A DNA stretch of 64,000 nt from Patescibacteria group bacterium UBA3531. Its GTDB lineage: Bacteria; Patescibacteriota; Minisyncoccia; Phycocordibacterales; UBA3531. The DNA is taken from the NCBI GenBank assembly GCA_002376885.1, contig DFOW01000004.1, positions 1,018 through 65,017 on the forward strand, read 5' to 3'. The notes below the pieces were generated by a model. It saw only the letters and a list, made by a program, of their open reading frames with translations. It made no database searches and had not been told where the DNA came from. The position numbers and the translations under genes are program-made. This document shows, in pieces, positions 8,593 through 17,570 of this stretch (positions are counted from its first letter, which is position 1; every line of letters begins with the position of its first letter).

Positions 8593-9066
8593 TTAAAGAT
8601 CAGGGCTTGCAAGCCATTCAAGGGCTTCTTTTTTTGAGTCAAACGCTTTAAAGTTATTTCGTTCAGCAAGTGCAAACACGGTCTCTTCAGCAAGTTTAAT
8701 AAAAGTACTCGCTCCAAAGGTCGCTGTCTTTCTAATATAGGGCTTGTCATCCTTTAAAACATCTGCAATTAAAGAAACTACTTTTGGGCTATAACTTGTA
8801 AAGTTGGACAGATCAACAAGGGCGTTTATCATTTCTCCTTTTTTATTATAAAGATCTACTGCAAGCTCATGAAGTTTTTCTAAAAACTCTCCGAGTTCTG
8901 CCACTTCTTCATCGGTTGAAGAGCTTGCAAGCTTTACATCGATAATATTCCCCTCAAGAACATCGGCCGTATGCCGTCCTCCAACATTTATTGATTCTTC
9001 CATAATGTCACTAGTATACACGAAAGACCCTTTTTGTTCTCCACACGATTTTGAGGAGATAAGCAC
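8593..9066 (-). CDS. Hypothetical protein, possible STAS/SpoIIAA-like fold
   Basis: Weak resemblance only. Co-oriented with ldh. Confidence 0.3.
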   Translation of the reverse strand: MLISSKSCGEQKGSFVYTSDIMEESINVGGRHTADVLEGNIIDVKLASSSTDEEVAELGEFLEKLHELAVDLYNKKGEMINALVDLSNFTSYSPKVVSLIADVLKDDKPYIRKTATFGASTFIKLAEETVFALAERNNFKAFDSKKEALEWLASPDL

Positions 9067-9087
9067 AGTATTGATATAATAGCCCTA

Positions 9088-9486
9088 ATGATTGATTTTA
9101 GCCTTGGGGAGTACCAGCAAGTTGTTTTAGCTCTCTCGCGCCTTACGGTAGGGCTTGTAATGGTGTATTTTGGATGGCCTAAAATTAAAGATCTTCGGGC
9201 AAATGCTAATGATTTTACTGGGATGGGCTTTAAGCCAGGGTGGTTTTGGGGTACCCCCATCGCATTCCTTGAATTCTTTGGAGGAATTTTAATGATTGTT
9301 GGAGTGTATGCAGAAATCTTCGCTATCTTGTTTGCCGCCCAAATGCTTGTAGGAACTATCTGGAAGGTAAAAGTACAGAAAGGCTTCCCCCATTATTCCT
9401 ACGACCTTATTTTATTTGCGCTGTGTCTTGTGCTTATTGTGTTTGGAGCAGGTAGTTATTCTGTCCTTCCCTTCTCCTTCTCATAA
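9088..9486 (+). CDS. DoxX-family membrane protein
   Basis: Four TM helices with a DoxX-like pattern. Confidence 0.7.
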   Translation: MIDFSLGEYQQVVLALSRLTVGLVMVYFGWPKIKDLRANANDFTGMGFKPGWFWGTPIAFLEFFGGILMIVGVYAEIFAILFAAQMLVGTIWKVKVQKGFPHYSYDLILFALCLVLIVFGAGSYSVLPFSFS

Positions 9487-10205
9487 CCCGCAAATTCTTC
9501 CATTTTAATATTGTCGGGAGAGACCTCAAGCTCTTCTAACACTTTATTCATGGCGCGCACCATAGCAGGTGGACCCACCACGTAAAAAATACACGTATCA
9601 ATATCTGTTAAATTCTTTTTGAGCATATCGGATGATATGTAACCGTGCTCAAGATCCTGGCCACTTACCTCTTCGTTGGTTACGGTATGCAACAAATCCA
9701 TTATTTTGTTTTCTTTCTTTTCATGGAGTTCAGATAAAAATGGAGCGTCTCCAAGTGTACGAGTAGATAAAACAAGCGTCATGGGGCGTTTTATTTTCTC
9801 TTCTTCAGCACTCCGCACCATACTCATAATAGGAGTAATGCCAATCCCCCCTACTAAAAATACTGCTCGTTTGTTGGTGTCCTGATGAAGCAAGAATGCG
9901 CCAAAAGGACCGTCTAAAAGAATCTCTTCGCTTTCTTTTAAGTTTCCTAAACACCTTTTAAATGCACTGTCTCGCATTCGTATGGCAACCTCAAGATATT
10001 CATGCTTGGGGGTACTTACTAAAGAAAAAACGCGGGCGTCTCCTTCATCATCTGTCTCTTTTGGATTAATAAGGGTGAGCTCTATGTATTGCCCTGGCTT
10101 ATAGGTAAACCCATCAGGTTTTGTAAAAAAGAAGGCCATAGTGCCGTCAGCAACCCTCTCTTTTTTAACGAATGTAATAGTTTGTTTATCCATGACGACC
10201 ATCAT
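9456..10205 (-). CDS. FAD/NAD(P)-binding oxidoreductase (ferredoxin-NADP reductase-like)
   Basis: RxFS FAD-binding motif (ARVFSLVS) and NAD-binding GGIGITP. Confidence 0.75.
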   Translation of the reverse strand: MMVVMDKQTITFVKKERVADGTMAFFFTKPDGFTYKPGQYIELTLINPKETDDEGDARVFSLVSTPKHEYLEVAIRMRDSAFKRCLGNLKESEEILLDGPFGAFLLHQDTNKRAVFLVGGIGITPIMSMVRSAEEEKIKRPMTLVLSTRTLGDAPFLSELHEKKENKIMDLLHTVTNEEVSGQDLEHGYISSDMLKKNLTDIDTCIFYVVGPPAMVRAMNKVLEELEVSPDNIKMEEFAGYEKEKGRTE

Positions 10206-10270
10206 ACCATAGGCTTTTCTTTTCAGGGCTTTTCGTTACAATGGATCTATTACTCGAAAATATTTGATTC

Positions 10271-10771
10271 ATGGAAAATAAAACGCTTGTTATTATCATC
10301 CTTATTGTTCTTGCTATTTTAGTCATTGGATTTGCCTTCTTCCAGTCATTCCGCGGAACCACAGACACACCAACCAACGAAGAATCCGATCCTGAAGAAC
10401 TGGTTTACCCAACCATAAGCCCCGAGCAAGTCGTGCAAGAGTTTTATGATTGGTATTTAACAGAAGGAAACGCTCTCCCAAATGAGAACTTTGCAACAAG
10501 TTCATCTCTTACAGCTCGATTTATAAATTCAGTACAAGCACAGATCGCAACAGAAGAAGAGTTCGATCGTGATCCATTTGTGTGTTCAGCAGAATTGCCA
10601 CTTGAAGTTTCAACAAACTCAACCAATATCAATGATAGACGAGCAAACGTTGTCGTTGATTCTGTTCTTTCAGAAGTTGAGATGATTTCGTTTATTGCAG
10701 AACTTGATTTGACCGAAGATGCGAGCGCGTGGCAAATCAATAATGTTGTGTGTTTTGTAAAAGGGATCTAG
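10271..10771 (+). CDS. Membrane-anchored hypothetical protein
   Basis: N-terminal TM helix followed by a soluble domain of unknown function. Confidence 0.4.
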   Translation: MENKTLVIIILIVLAILVIGFAFFQSFRGTTDTPTNEESDPEELVYPTISPEQVVQEFYDWYLTEGNALPNENFATSSSLTARFINSVQAQIATEEEFDRDPFVCSAELPLEVSTNSTNINDRRANVVVDSVLSEVEMISFIAELDLTEDASAWQINNVVCFVKGI

Positions 10772-10892
10772 AAAGGAATCTAAAGGACCCAAATTTTGGA
10801 ATAGCTTCTCTTTGGGGGGTCTTTGCATGTTTTGTTCTAGTTTTTGGTATACTTTAAAACAAGTCGTATTATTTTTTTATTAACTATTTTTT

Positions 10893-11186
10893 ATGGAAAA
10901 TAACACCCTTTCAAATACCCCTCAAGGAGGAGCAAAAAGCAAAGCAAACGCATCTTTGTTTTCTGGAATTTTGTCCATCTTGTTTGGTTTCAGTATCAGT
11001 CTTATTGGTCTAGTCTTTCCTCTGGTTACTGTTGTTACTGGAGTAATAGCTTTATCAAAGGGTTCTGCCGACAAGAGCGTGTCAAGAAATAGTTGGATAG
11101 GAATTGGATTAGTCGTGATAGCGATATTGCTGTGGCTCGTTGGAGTTCCTGGTCCAATTGGTGCTCTTTTTGATGGGCTACTTTAG
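10893..11186 (+). CDS. Small membrane protein (DUF4190-like)
   Basis: Two TM helices with a glycine-zipper. Confidence 0.4.
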   Translation: MENNTLSNTPQGGAKSKANASLFSGILSILFGFSISLIGLVFPLVTVVTGVIALSKGSADKSVSRNSWIGIGLVVIAILLWLVGVPGPIGALFDGLL

Positions 11187-11224
11187 TTTAGGTTTGAAAA
11201 ACCCTCTAATTTTTAACTAACCTT

Positions 11225-11815
11225 ATGCAAGGCTCTGGCAGTTTTACTTGGTCTATAACCCAAGAGGAATTTAGAAATAGAAGGAAAAAGGCAATTCGGA
11301 ACTTATTTATCCCCCTTCTATTTATTGGGGTTATTGCTGGAACGGTAGGATACCCTCTTTTATTTCTGGGTGATTTATTTCGTGATCCGAAAAGTGTATT
11401 AGCAACCGTACTGTATATTTTAGGGGGAATTGTGTTGGCGAGTCTGGTTCTGTATTTCGGTACAGGTCTCATAAGAAGAGGAACATACAGCTACTCTATA
11501 TCTGAAAAAGGAATTTCCATCTCTGTTGGTAAAAAGAAAAAAGACTATGAATGGATCTTGTTTAGGGGTTTCTATGAATATCTAACGCAAAATGCCAGCA
11601 GTGGGAAGCGACACGTATTGTCTGATCAAGAAAGTAAAATCACAGGTGGAATCTTATATCTAATTAAAAAGGGCGGTTTTATAAAGATATTTGTCGTGGT
11701 TTACACAGAGCCAGATAACCACGAAAAAGTGATAAATATTTTATCCAACTATCTTTCAAAGGAAGAATCAACTTTATCTAAGGACTTGGGTCTTACTAGG
11801 TTTGAGTTTAAGTAG
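11225..11815 (+). CDS. Membrane protein (hypothetical)
   Basis: Two N-terminal TM helices followed by a soluble domain. Confidence 0.4.
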   Translation: MQGSGSFTWSITQEEFRNRRKKAIRNLFIPLLFIGVIAGTVGYPLLFLGDLFRDPKSVLATVLYILGGIVLASLVLYFGTGLIRRGTYSYSISEKGISISVGKKKKDYEWILFRGFYEYLTQNASSGKRHVLSDQESKITGGILYLIKKGGFIKIFVVVYTEPDNHEKVINILSNYLSKEESTLSKDLGLTRFEFK

Positions 11816-11886
11816 CTCAAGCTTCTCTTTAACCTCCTCTATACAACTCTCATTCCACAATACCTCAATTATTGGAACAGCTTTTC

Positions 11887-12309
11887 CTAACGAACCCGAG
11901 AAAGCTGATTATAGAGCCACGCAATCAAAACCCCTCCCACAAAGCCATCTACAAGCCCCCAGAGGCTTCCTGCAAGAGCGCCTATCCAGGTGCTGTCATA
12001 ACCAATATAAAAGCCAGACAGGGCCTCTACTGCCCCCACTCCAACTCCATAAATAGAAAATACTCCTAAAATAAAGGTTCCCGAGCCGATAGCAATTCCA
12101 AGCGCAAGTCCAAAGTTCATGACATCAATACCACGACTCCCACTCGCTGAGACATTGGTAACGCTCACCCCGACAAGGTGTCGAGACCGATGCGGACATG
12201 TGCACTCTTCCAAGAGTTTATAACGATGAGAACATGACGCATTCATGCACACACTTGGCCGATCCGAAACGCTTGTGCATTCTGCACCTCTACAAATAAA
12301 ATGTGTCAT
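11887..12309 (-). CDS. Cys-rich N-terminal / glycine-zipper membrane protein (hypothetical)
   Basis: CxxxC...C...C cluster followed by G-rich TM helices. Confidence 0.35.
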   Translation of the reverse strand: MTHFICRGAECTSVSDRPSVCMNASCSHRYKLLEECTCPHRSRHLVGVSVTNVSASGSRGIDVMNFGLALGIAIGSGTFILGVFSIYGVGVGAVEALSGFYIGYDSTWIGALAGSLWGLVDGFVGGVLIAWLYNQLSRVR

Positions 12310-12400
12310 AGATTATTACTTGATGTTTATTTTAACAAAGACAGGACGTACTTTTAACATAGTTTTCCACTTTTAACCCTTGTGTTATAGTGCATTCATC

Positions 12401-13207
12401 ATGACAGAGGAAATCATTTTAGGAATTGTTCAAGGTATTACGGAGTGGCTCCCGGTCAGCTCATCTGGAATGCTTCTTTTAATTGAAAATAATTTTTTTG
12501 CAAATTCTTCTCGGAGTCTCGTTGACAACCTGCAACTCATAACCTTCCTTCATTTAGGGACCTTCTTCTCTGCCCTTATTTATTTCAGGCGAGATGTATG
12601 GAATGTCATAAAAACTCTTTTCTCGTATAAAAAACAGTCTCAAACTGACCAAGCATTATTTCACTTTCTTTTATTAACAACTATTGTTACCGGAATTGTT
12701 GGCTACGGAATTAAAGAATTAATAGAATTTGCCGAGGGCGCTGTTGTATTTACCGGACCAATCATAAACGCTATTCTTGGGCTCCTTTTGATTGGTACTG
12801 CTATTGCTTCTCTTAAAAAAAGAGAGTCTGACAATCCTCGAGAAATAAGATCGCTTAATGGTAAAGACTCTGTATTTTTGGGAATCCTCCAGGGGCTTTC
12901 TGCATTCCCAGGCATCTCACGGTCTGGAACAACGGTGTTTGGGATCTTATTTAGACGGTTTGAGAAAGAATCTGCGCTCCGCGTGAGCTTTATTATGGGG
13001 CTCCCGGTAACTCTTGGAGCTAATATTGTTTGGGGGACCTTCTCGCTTGTGTTTACTGCTGCTAATCTTGTGGCTTTCTTCTTTTCATTTATTTTTGGTC
13101 TTCTTACTATTCATGTACTTTTGCGATTTGCCGAACGTGTAAACGTTGGCTATTTCCTTCTTCTTTTCGGAATCTTACTTGTTTTAGCGTCATTTCTTCC
13201 ACTATAA
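12401..13207 (+). CDS. uppP: Undecaprenyl-diphosphatase
   Basis: EWLPVSSSG and PGISRSG signature motifs with multiple TM helices. Confidence 0.9.
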   Translation: MTEEIILGIVQGITEWLPVSSSGMLLLIENNFFANSSRSLVDNLQLITFLHLGTFFSALIYFRRDVWNVIKTLFSYKKQSQTDQALFHFLLLTTIVTGIVGYGIKELIEFAEGAVVFTGPIINAILGLLLIGTAIASLKKRESDNPREIRSLNGKDSVFLGILQGLSAFPGISRSGTTVFGILFRRFEKESALRVSFIMGLPVTLGANIVWGTFSLVFTAANLVAFFFSFIFGLLTIHVLLRFAERVNVGYFLLLFGILLVLASFLPL

Positions 13208-13214
13208 GTGAGGG

Positions 13215-13242
13215 TTGAAAACTCAAATATTTTTTGTATAGT
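13215..13242 (+). promoter_or_regulatory. Sigma-70-like promoter (TTGAAA-16-TATAGT) driving a GC-rich mini-gene
   Basis: Canonical hexamers directly upstream of the GC-rich ORF at 13274. Confidence 0.4.
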
Positions 13243-13273
13243 GTAGCCAGACCTTTAACGGAAGGGGGATCCG

Positions 13274-13498
13274 TTGGATCAAATCGGCGTGGAAGATGCT
13301 GGGGCACAGGCTGCCGTTTACCACTTCAAGGACGACTCTCGCTGTGGCGAGATCGTACCGAAAGGGAACGGTACCAAACGGTGGGAGTGCAACGGCTGTG
13401 GAATCTTCATCGCGGAGGGCAGTCTTCGATTCGCCCTACCGGTTCACCCAACCCAGATGATCTCTCCTGAGATCGAAACGAGGGCTACCGCACGGTAG
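13274..13498 (+). CDS. GC-rich cassette gene: small hypothetical protein (TTG start)
   Basis: SD GGAAGGGGGA lies 4 nt upstream. The ORF is 62% GC in an AT-rich genome and ends in a perfect 11-bp hairpin terminator. The product contains C..CNGC. Confidence 0.4.
   Translation: MDQIGVEDAGAQAAVYHFKDDSRCGEIVPKGNGTKRWECNGCGIFIAEGSLRFALPVHPTQMISPEIETRATAR
13473..13497. terminator. Bidirectional hairpin terminator (gagggctaccg-cac-cggtagccctc)
   Basis: Perfect 11-bp stem flanked by T-runs on both strands, between the converging cassette gene and glyQS. Confidence 0.6.
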
Positions 13499-13511
13499 CC
13501 CTCGAACCTTT

Positions 13512-14891
13512 TTAAGAGAATTTTTCTTCTAAATATTTTTTAAGGTCAGATATAGCAACTCTATCTTGTGTCATAGTGTCGCGTTCACGCACCGTAACTG
13601 CTTTGTCTTCAAGCGAATCAAAATCGATAGTTATGCAAAACGGTGTCCCAATTTCATCTTGTCGTCTGTATCGCTTCCCTATTGATTGTGTCTCATCGTA
13701 TGCACACACAAAGCTATCTTTTAATTCATTAAAAATGGTTTTTGCTTCACTTGTGAGTTCGTCTTTTTTAGAAAGTGGAAGAATAGCAACTTTTACGGGA
13801 GCAATGTTTTTATTCAGTCGTAACACTATACGCTCTTCCCCATTCACTTCTTCTTCATCATAAGCGTCCGCCAAAAGCGCCAAAAAGAGTCTTCCAACAC
13901 CACCTGATGTCTCAACCACATGCGGAATAAACTTATCGTTTGTTTCTTGATCAAAATATTCAAGCGATACTCCTGAATGCTTTTGGTGCTGTGTTAAGTC
14001 GTAACTACCGCGCGCATGGATCCCCTCAAGCTCTCCCCACCCAAACGGGAATTTATATTCAATATCATCTGCCTTAGTAGCATAAAATACGAGGTTCTCG
14101 TGAGGAGCCCATTTTAGGTTCTTTTTATTGAGCCCAAGCTCAACGAGCGCATTAAATCGGTACTCTTTAAACTCATCGTAGTATTTCATTTCATCCTCTG
14201 GGCGTACAAAAAATTGCATTTCCATTTGCTCAAATTCTCGCGTTCTAAAAAGGTATTGCCGTGGAGAAATCTCATTCCTAAATGCCTTTCCTATTTGGGC
14301 CACTCCAAAAGGAATTTTTTGGTTAGTAGTATCAAGCACATTTTTATAGTTAATATAAATACCTTGTGCAGTCTCCCCTCGCAAGTAACTTGGACCACTA
14401 TTGCTTGTGGTTCCTAAATTTGATTCAGTAAGTAAGTTAAATTTTTTAACGGGAGTAAATTCATTGTCTGGGCACTCTGGACACTTGATATCTTTTTTAT
14501 GCTTTTCAAATAATTCATTGAGCTCATCTTCTGACATCTTCTCGTCTGCCCCTACTCCAATCTCTTCAAGCAAATGGTCTGCGCGGAATCGTTTTCCGTT
14601 TTTTTTACATTCAACAAGTGGGTCAGAGAATCCACTCGTGTGACCACTTGCTTCCCACACCTTTGGATGCATAAAAATCCCTGAATCAAGCCCAACAATG
14701 TCGGGGCGTCCTTGAACCATAATGCGCCACCATTCCCTTTTAATATTATTAGCAAGCTCTACTCCTGTTGGCCCATAATCGTACACACCCGCAAACCCTC
14801 CATAAATTTCTGACGAAGGATAGACAAACCCTCTCCGTTTTAAAAGAGAGGTTAACTTTTCCATCTTTTCGATATCTTTGTCTTTTGCCAT
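13512..14891 (-). CDS. glyQS: Glycine--tRNA ligase (dimeric GlyRS)
   Basis: Full-length class II GlyRS homology (459 aa). Confidence 0.95.
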   Translation of the reverse strand: MAKDKDIEKMEKLTSLLKRRGFVYPSSEIYGGFAGVYDYGPTGVELANNIKREWWRIMVQGRPDIVGLDSGIFMHPKVWEASGHTSGFSDPLVECKKNGKRFRADHLLEEIGVGADEKMSEDELNELFEKHKKDIKCPECPDNEFTPVKKFNLLTESNLGTTSNSGPSYLRGETAQGIYINYKNVLDTTNQKIPFGVAQIGKAFRNEISPRQYLFRTREFEQMEMQFFVRPEDEMKYYDEFKEYRFNALVELGLNKKNLKWAPHENLVFYATKADDIEYKFPFGWGELEGIHARGSYDLTQHQKHSGVSLEYFDQETNDKFIPHVVETSGGVGRLFLALLADAYDEEEVNGEERIVLRLNKNIAPVKVAILPLSKKDELTSEAKTIFNELKDSFVCAYDETQSIGKRYRRQDEIGTPFCITIDFDSLEDKAVTVRERDTMTQDRVAISDLKKYLEEKFS

Positions 14892-14932
14892 CCTAATAAA
14901 ATTCTTAATTATCTTTTTGTATGGTTTATGTT

Positions 14933-14957
14933 TGTCCCGTGGAATTTTAACAGGACA
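14933..14957 (-). promoter_or_regulatory. Conserved 25-bp palindromic motif (TGTCCCGT-N9-ACGGGACA family) about 42 nt upstream of the glyQS start
   Basis: tgtcccgtggaattttaacaggaca, followed in gene orientation by the conserved leader TTAAGAATTTTATTAGG-ATG. Confidence 0.55.
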
Positions 14958-14959
14958 GG

Positions 14960-15331
14960 TTACAATAGTTGTTTTATATTCTCGGGTGGTCTTCCAAGCA
15001 CAGCACGATCCCCTCGTTCAATAATGGGCCGTTGCATAAGGTCTGGATACTGTATCATAAGATCAATATATTCGTCATCGGTAAGCTCTTTATCTTTTAA
15101 TTTGAGCTCTTTATACTTCTCCTCGCTTGTCCGCACAAGCTCACGCGGAGTAATCCCAAGCTTTTCTATAAGCCCCGCAAGTTTTTTATGAGACAAAGGA
15201 TTGGTATGGTATTCCCACACCTCATATGCCATCATGGCTTTATCCAAAATAGCGATTGTTTCTCTGCATTTTGAGCACGTAGACTTCTCATACACCACCA
15301 AGTGCGAATCTTCGCTATTTTTTTCTGACAT
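14960..15331 (-). CDS. ArsC/Spx-family protein (arsenate reductase-like)
   Basis: CSKCR redox motif near the N-terminus and an ArsC-family fold. Confidence 0.7.
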   Translation of the reverse strand: MSEKNSEDSHLVVYEKSTCSKCRETIAILDKAMMAYEVWEYHTNPLSHKKLAGLIEKLGITPRELVRTSEEKYKELKLKDKELTDDEYIDLMIQYPDLMQRPIIERGDRAVLGRPPENIKQLL

Positions 15332-15381
15332 GGTTAAATTGTACCTATAATTTGTTATTATCGCCAGACACAAAAACAAAC

Positions 15382-16020
15382 ATGAAAGACGACATTATCC
15401 TTATAAACAAACCCCCGGGAATCACATCATACGATGTTATCCGCAAACTTAAACAAAAGTTCCCAGGAGAGAAGCTTGGCCATGCCGGCACCCTTGATCC
15501 TCTCGCAGAGGGGCTTTTACTGGTTGGGATTGGGAAAGGCACAAAAAAACTAAAAGACTTAATCGGGTTCCCTAAAACCTATGAAGCAACTGTTCTTATT
15601 GGTAAGAAAACAACAACCGGAGATTTGGAGGGAGATATTACTGAAGAAAAGAATGTTGAGAGTCTTACTGAAAAAGAAGTCCGGGATGTTTTAGAAGAGC
15701 TGACAGGAATAATCAGAATCCCTATTCCCCTTTATTCTGCTATTAAATACAAAGGTAAGCGCTTGTATAAACATGCTCGAGAGGGCGCAGACATAGAGAC
15801 ACCCCATGGTGATATGGAAGTTCATTCAACCACCTTAAACAACCTAAAAAAAGAAGGGGCATATTATTATCTTGATCTTACGCTTTCTGTTGGGAGCGGG
15901 ACCTATATTCGCTCAATTGCAGAAGAGATTGGAAAACGTTTAGGATACCCCGCGACCACAGCCCATCTTAAAAGGACATCTATTGGAGAGTATTTTTTAG
16001 AAGATGCGCAAAGCATATAA
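15382..16020 (+). CDS. truB: tRNA pseudouridine(55) synthase
   Basis: GHAGTLDP catalytic motif. Confidence 0.9.
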   Translation: MKDDIILINKPPGITSYDVIRKLKQKFPGEKLGHAGTLDPLAEGLLLVGIGKGTKKLKDLIGFPKTYEATVLIGKKTTTGDLEGDITEEKNVESLTEKEVRDVLEELTGIIRIPIPLYSAIKYKGKRLYKHAREGADIETPHGDMEVHSTTLNNLKKEGAYYYLDLTLSVGSGTYIRSIAEEIGKRLGYPATTAHLKRTSIGEYFLEDAQSI

Positions 16021-16024
16021 AACA

Positions 16025-16050
16025 AAAATACCCCGAGTCGGGGTATTTTT
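16025..16050 (+). terminator. Rho-independent terminator after truB
   Basis: aaaataccccga-gtc-ggggtattttt. Confidence 0.7.
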
Positions 16051-16067
16051 GTTTGGTCAATTTCAAA

Positions 16068-17246
16068 TTAAGACCAGAGTCTGTTTTTGAGTAAATGAAG
16101 CACACTTCCAAATGTTGCAAGGAAGAGAATAAACGATGCCAAGAACCCAATAACAGGAATAAGCATGAGTGCCAAAAGCACTACCACTCCTACAATCGCT
16201 GTTACCCAATCAAGTCTGATATCATCGCTTCGTGTTGCAAGCTTAATAGCAAGCGCTCCAATAACCACACTTGTTGCAAGTTTTGCAGCAAGTAATACGG
16301 TCATGTATCCAAGTCCAAGCAAGAAACCAAGAGGCATTCCAATAAGGGTAATGAGAAGAATGAATGCCAAAATTGGGAGAATAATGAGCGCCACAAATCC
16401 TACTCCTACACTCTTCCAAAATGATCGTGCTACATGAGACACGACACTTCGTGTTCCATCTTTTGCTGCGTAGACAAGAATAAGAGCCACCACCAAAAGC
16501 ATAAGGGCCATGGTTGTTACCCCAAATCCTAGGATTTTTTCTCCTGTTGGAGGGGCATCGCTTCTCATAACTTCTTCAAAGGTGAGTTCTCCTCGAACCG
16601 TTGCACCTTCGTCAATTTTTGCTTCTTTTGACGATTCATAGACACCACCACCAATGTTTGCGCCGTTACCAATCACAAGTCCGTCTTGAACTTTTGCATT
16701 AAGTGACCCAAGAATTGTTCCATTGATCCGGAGTTCTCCTCCTTCAACTCGAACATCTCCTGTTACCGTTCCGTCAATCGTGGTAAGTCCACCAAACACA
16801 ACCACATCTCCTGACACGGTTGCGCCCGATACCAAGTGCACTACCCCACCAGCGGCGACAACATCACCACCAACAGCATTTGCTACTTGAACGTTTCCTC
16901 CTGCTACTCGAAGATCATCTCGGACAAATCCCAAAATGTTTACGTCACCCCCTGCAACAAGAGCATCCCGGCCAACACCACCAGAGACAGTTACATTACC
17001 CCCTGCTCCAATAAGGTTCCCGGATGTTTCTCCAAGAACAGTAACTTCACCTCCTGCAATAAGAAGGTCTCCTATAACGTTGCCTGAGAGTGTTGCAACA
17101 CCCGCAGCAACGTACAAATCGTCACGAACGGTTTCTCGTTCAGGAAGAGCAAACTCCTCTCCCCCTTCAAAGGTTGCTCCATACACAGTCGCCGTTCCAA
17201 AAACTGCGACAAACAAGAGCACACCCAAGGCTATAAATTTATTCAT
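16068..17246 (-). CDS. Bactofilin-like (polymer-forming cytoskeletal, DUF583-type repeat) protein with signal peptide and C-terminal multi-TM region
   Basis: Tandem AGG(N/D)V.V.G repeats typical of bactofilin beta-helix proteins, followed by three TM helices. Confidence 0.5.
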   Translation of the reverse strand: MNKFIALGVLLFVAVFGTATVYGATFEGGEEFALPERETVRDDLYVAAGVATLSGNVIGDLLIAGGEVTVLGETSGNLIGAGGNVTVSGGVGRDALVAGGDVNILGFVRDDLRVAGGNVQVANAVGGDVVAAGGVVHLVSGATVSGDVVVFGGLTTIDGTVTGDVRVEGGELRINGTILGSLNAKVQDGLVIGNGANIGGGVYESSKEAKIDEGATVRGELTFEEVMRSDAPPTGEKILGFGVTTMALMLLVVALILVYAAKDGTRSVVSHVARSFWKSVGVGFVALIILPILAFILLITLIGMPLGFLLGLGYMTVLLAAKLATSVVIGALAIKLATRSDDIRLDWVTAIVGVVVLLALMLIPVIGFLASFILFLATFGSVLHLLKNRLWS

Positions 17247-17282
17247 TATAAAAAATGCTAGTTATTAATACCTACGTTCTAC

Positions 17283-17520
17283 CAAAAAACGGGACTCTCT
17301 ACAAGGAGGCAAGGTTAAAGGCCCGGCCGCCGAAGCGAACCGGGCCTTCTTCAACCTGAGAGTGCTCCAGCCGGAGCAGTTAGACGTGTCAGTGACATCC
17401 TTTGGCGTGAGGGTAGCCACATCGGGCCTCTCCACTTGCAGCCGGTCTCAGGCGGGGATGGTTTGAGACAACGAAGCCGGTTGAACCACCACCCTGCACG
17501 TGCTGGAAGCAGTCTAACAA
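17283..17520. other. GC-rich (~60%) ORF-poor intergenic island; candidate structured ncRNA or decayed GC-rich cassette
   Basis: Sharp GC jump between two AT-rich minus-strand genes. The minus strand has a GC hairpin (ggcccgg...ccgggcc) followed by a U-run. Internal direct repeats GGAGCAGTTAGAC and GGAAGCAGTCTAAC are present. Confidence 0.3.
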
Positions 17521-17570
17521 TTTGTATTTAAAAATCAACCCCGTCAAATAACCCCACAGGGTTAGCTTCG

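Noticed and set aside
13234-13470. Alternative frame ORF (78 aa, Arg/Gly-rich) in the 13.2-kb GC island
   Set aside because: The overlapping TTG-start frame at 13274 is preceded by a strong SD and ends exactly at the hairpin terminator. The other frame lacks these signals.
17283-17520. Attempted assignment of the GC-rich island to RNase P RNA, tmRNA or SRP RNA
   Set aside because: I could not find the universally conserved RNase P (GGAAAGUCCGG / ACAGAAxCCGGCUUA), tmRNA (5' GGGG...3' T-arm-CCA, tag ending AA-stop) or SRP domain IV (GGAAGCAGC after a GNRA loop) motifs by eye. It is left as an unclassified candidate.
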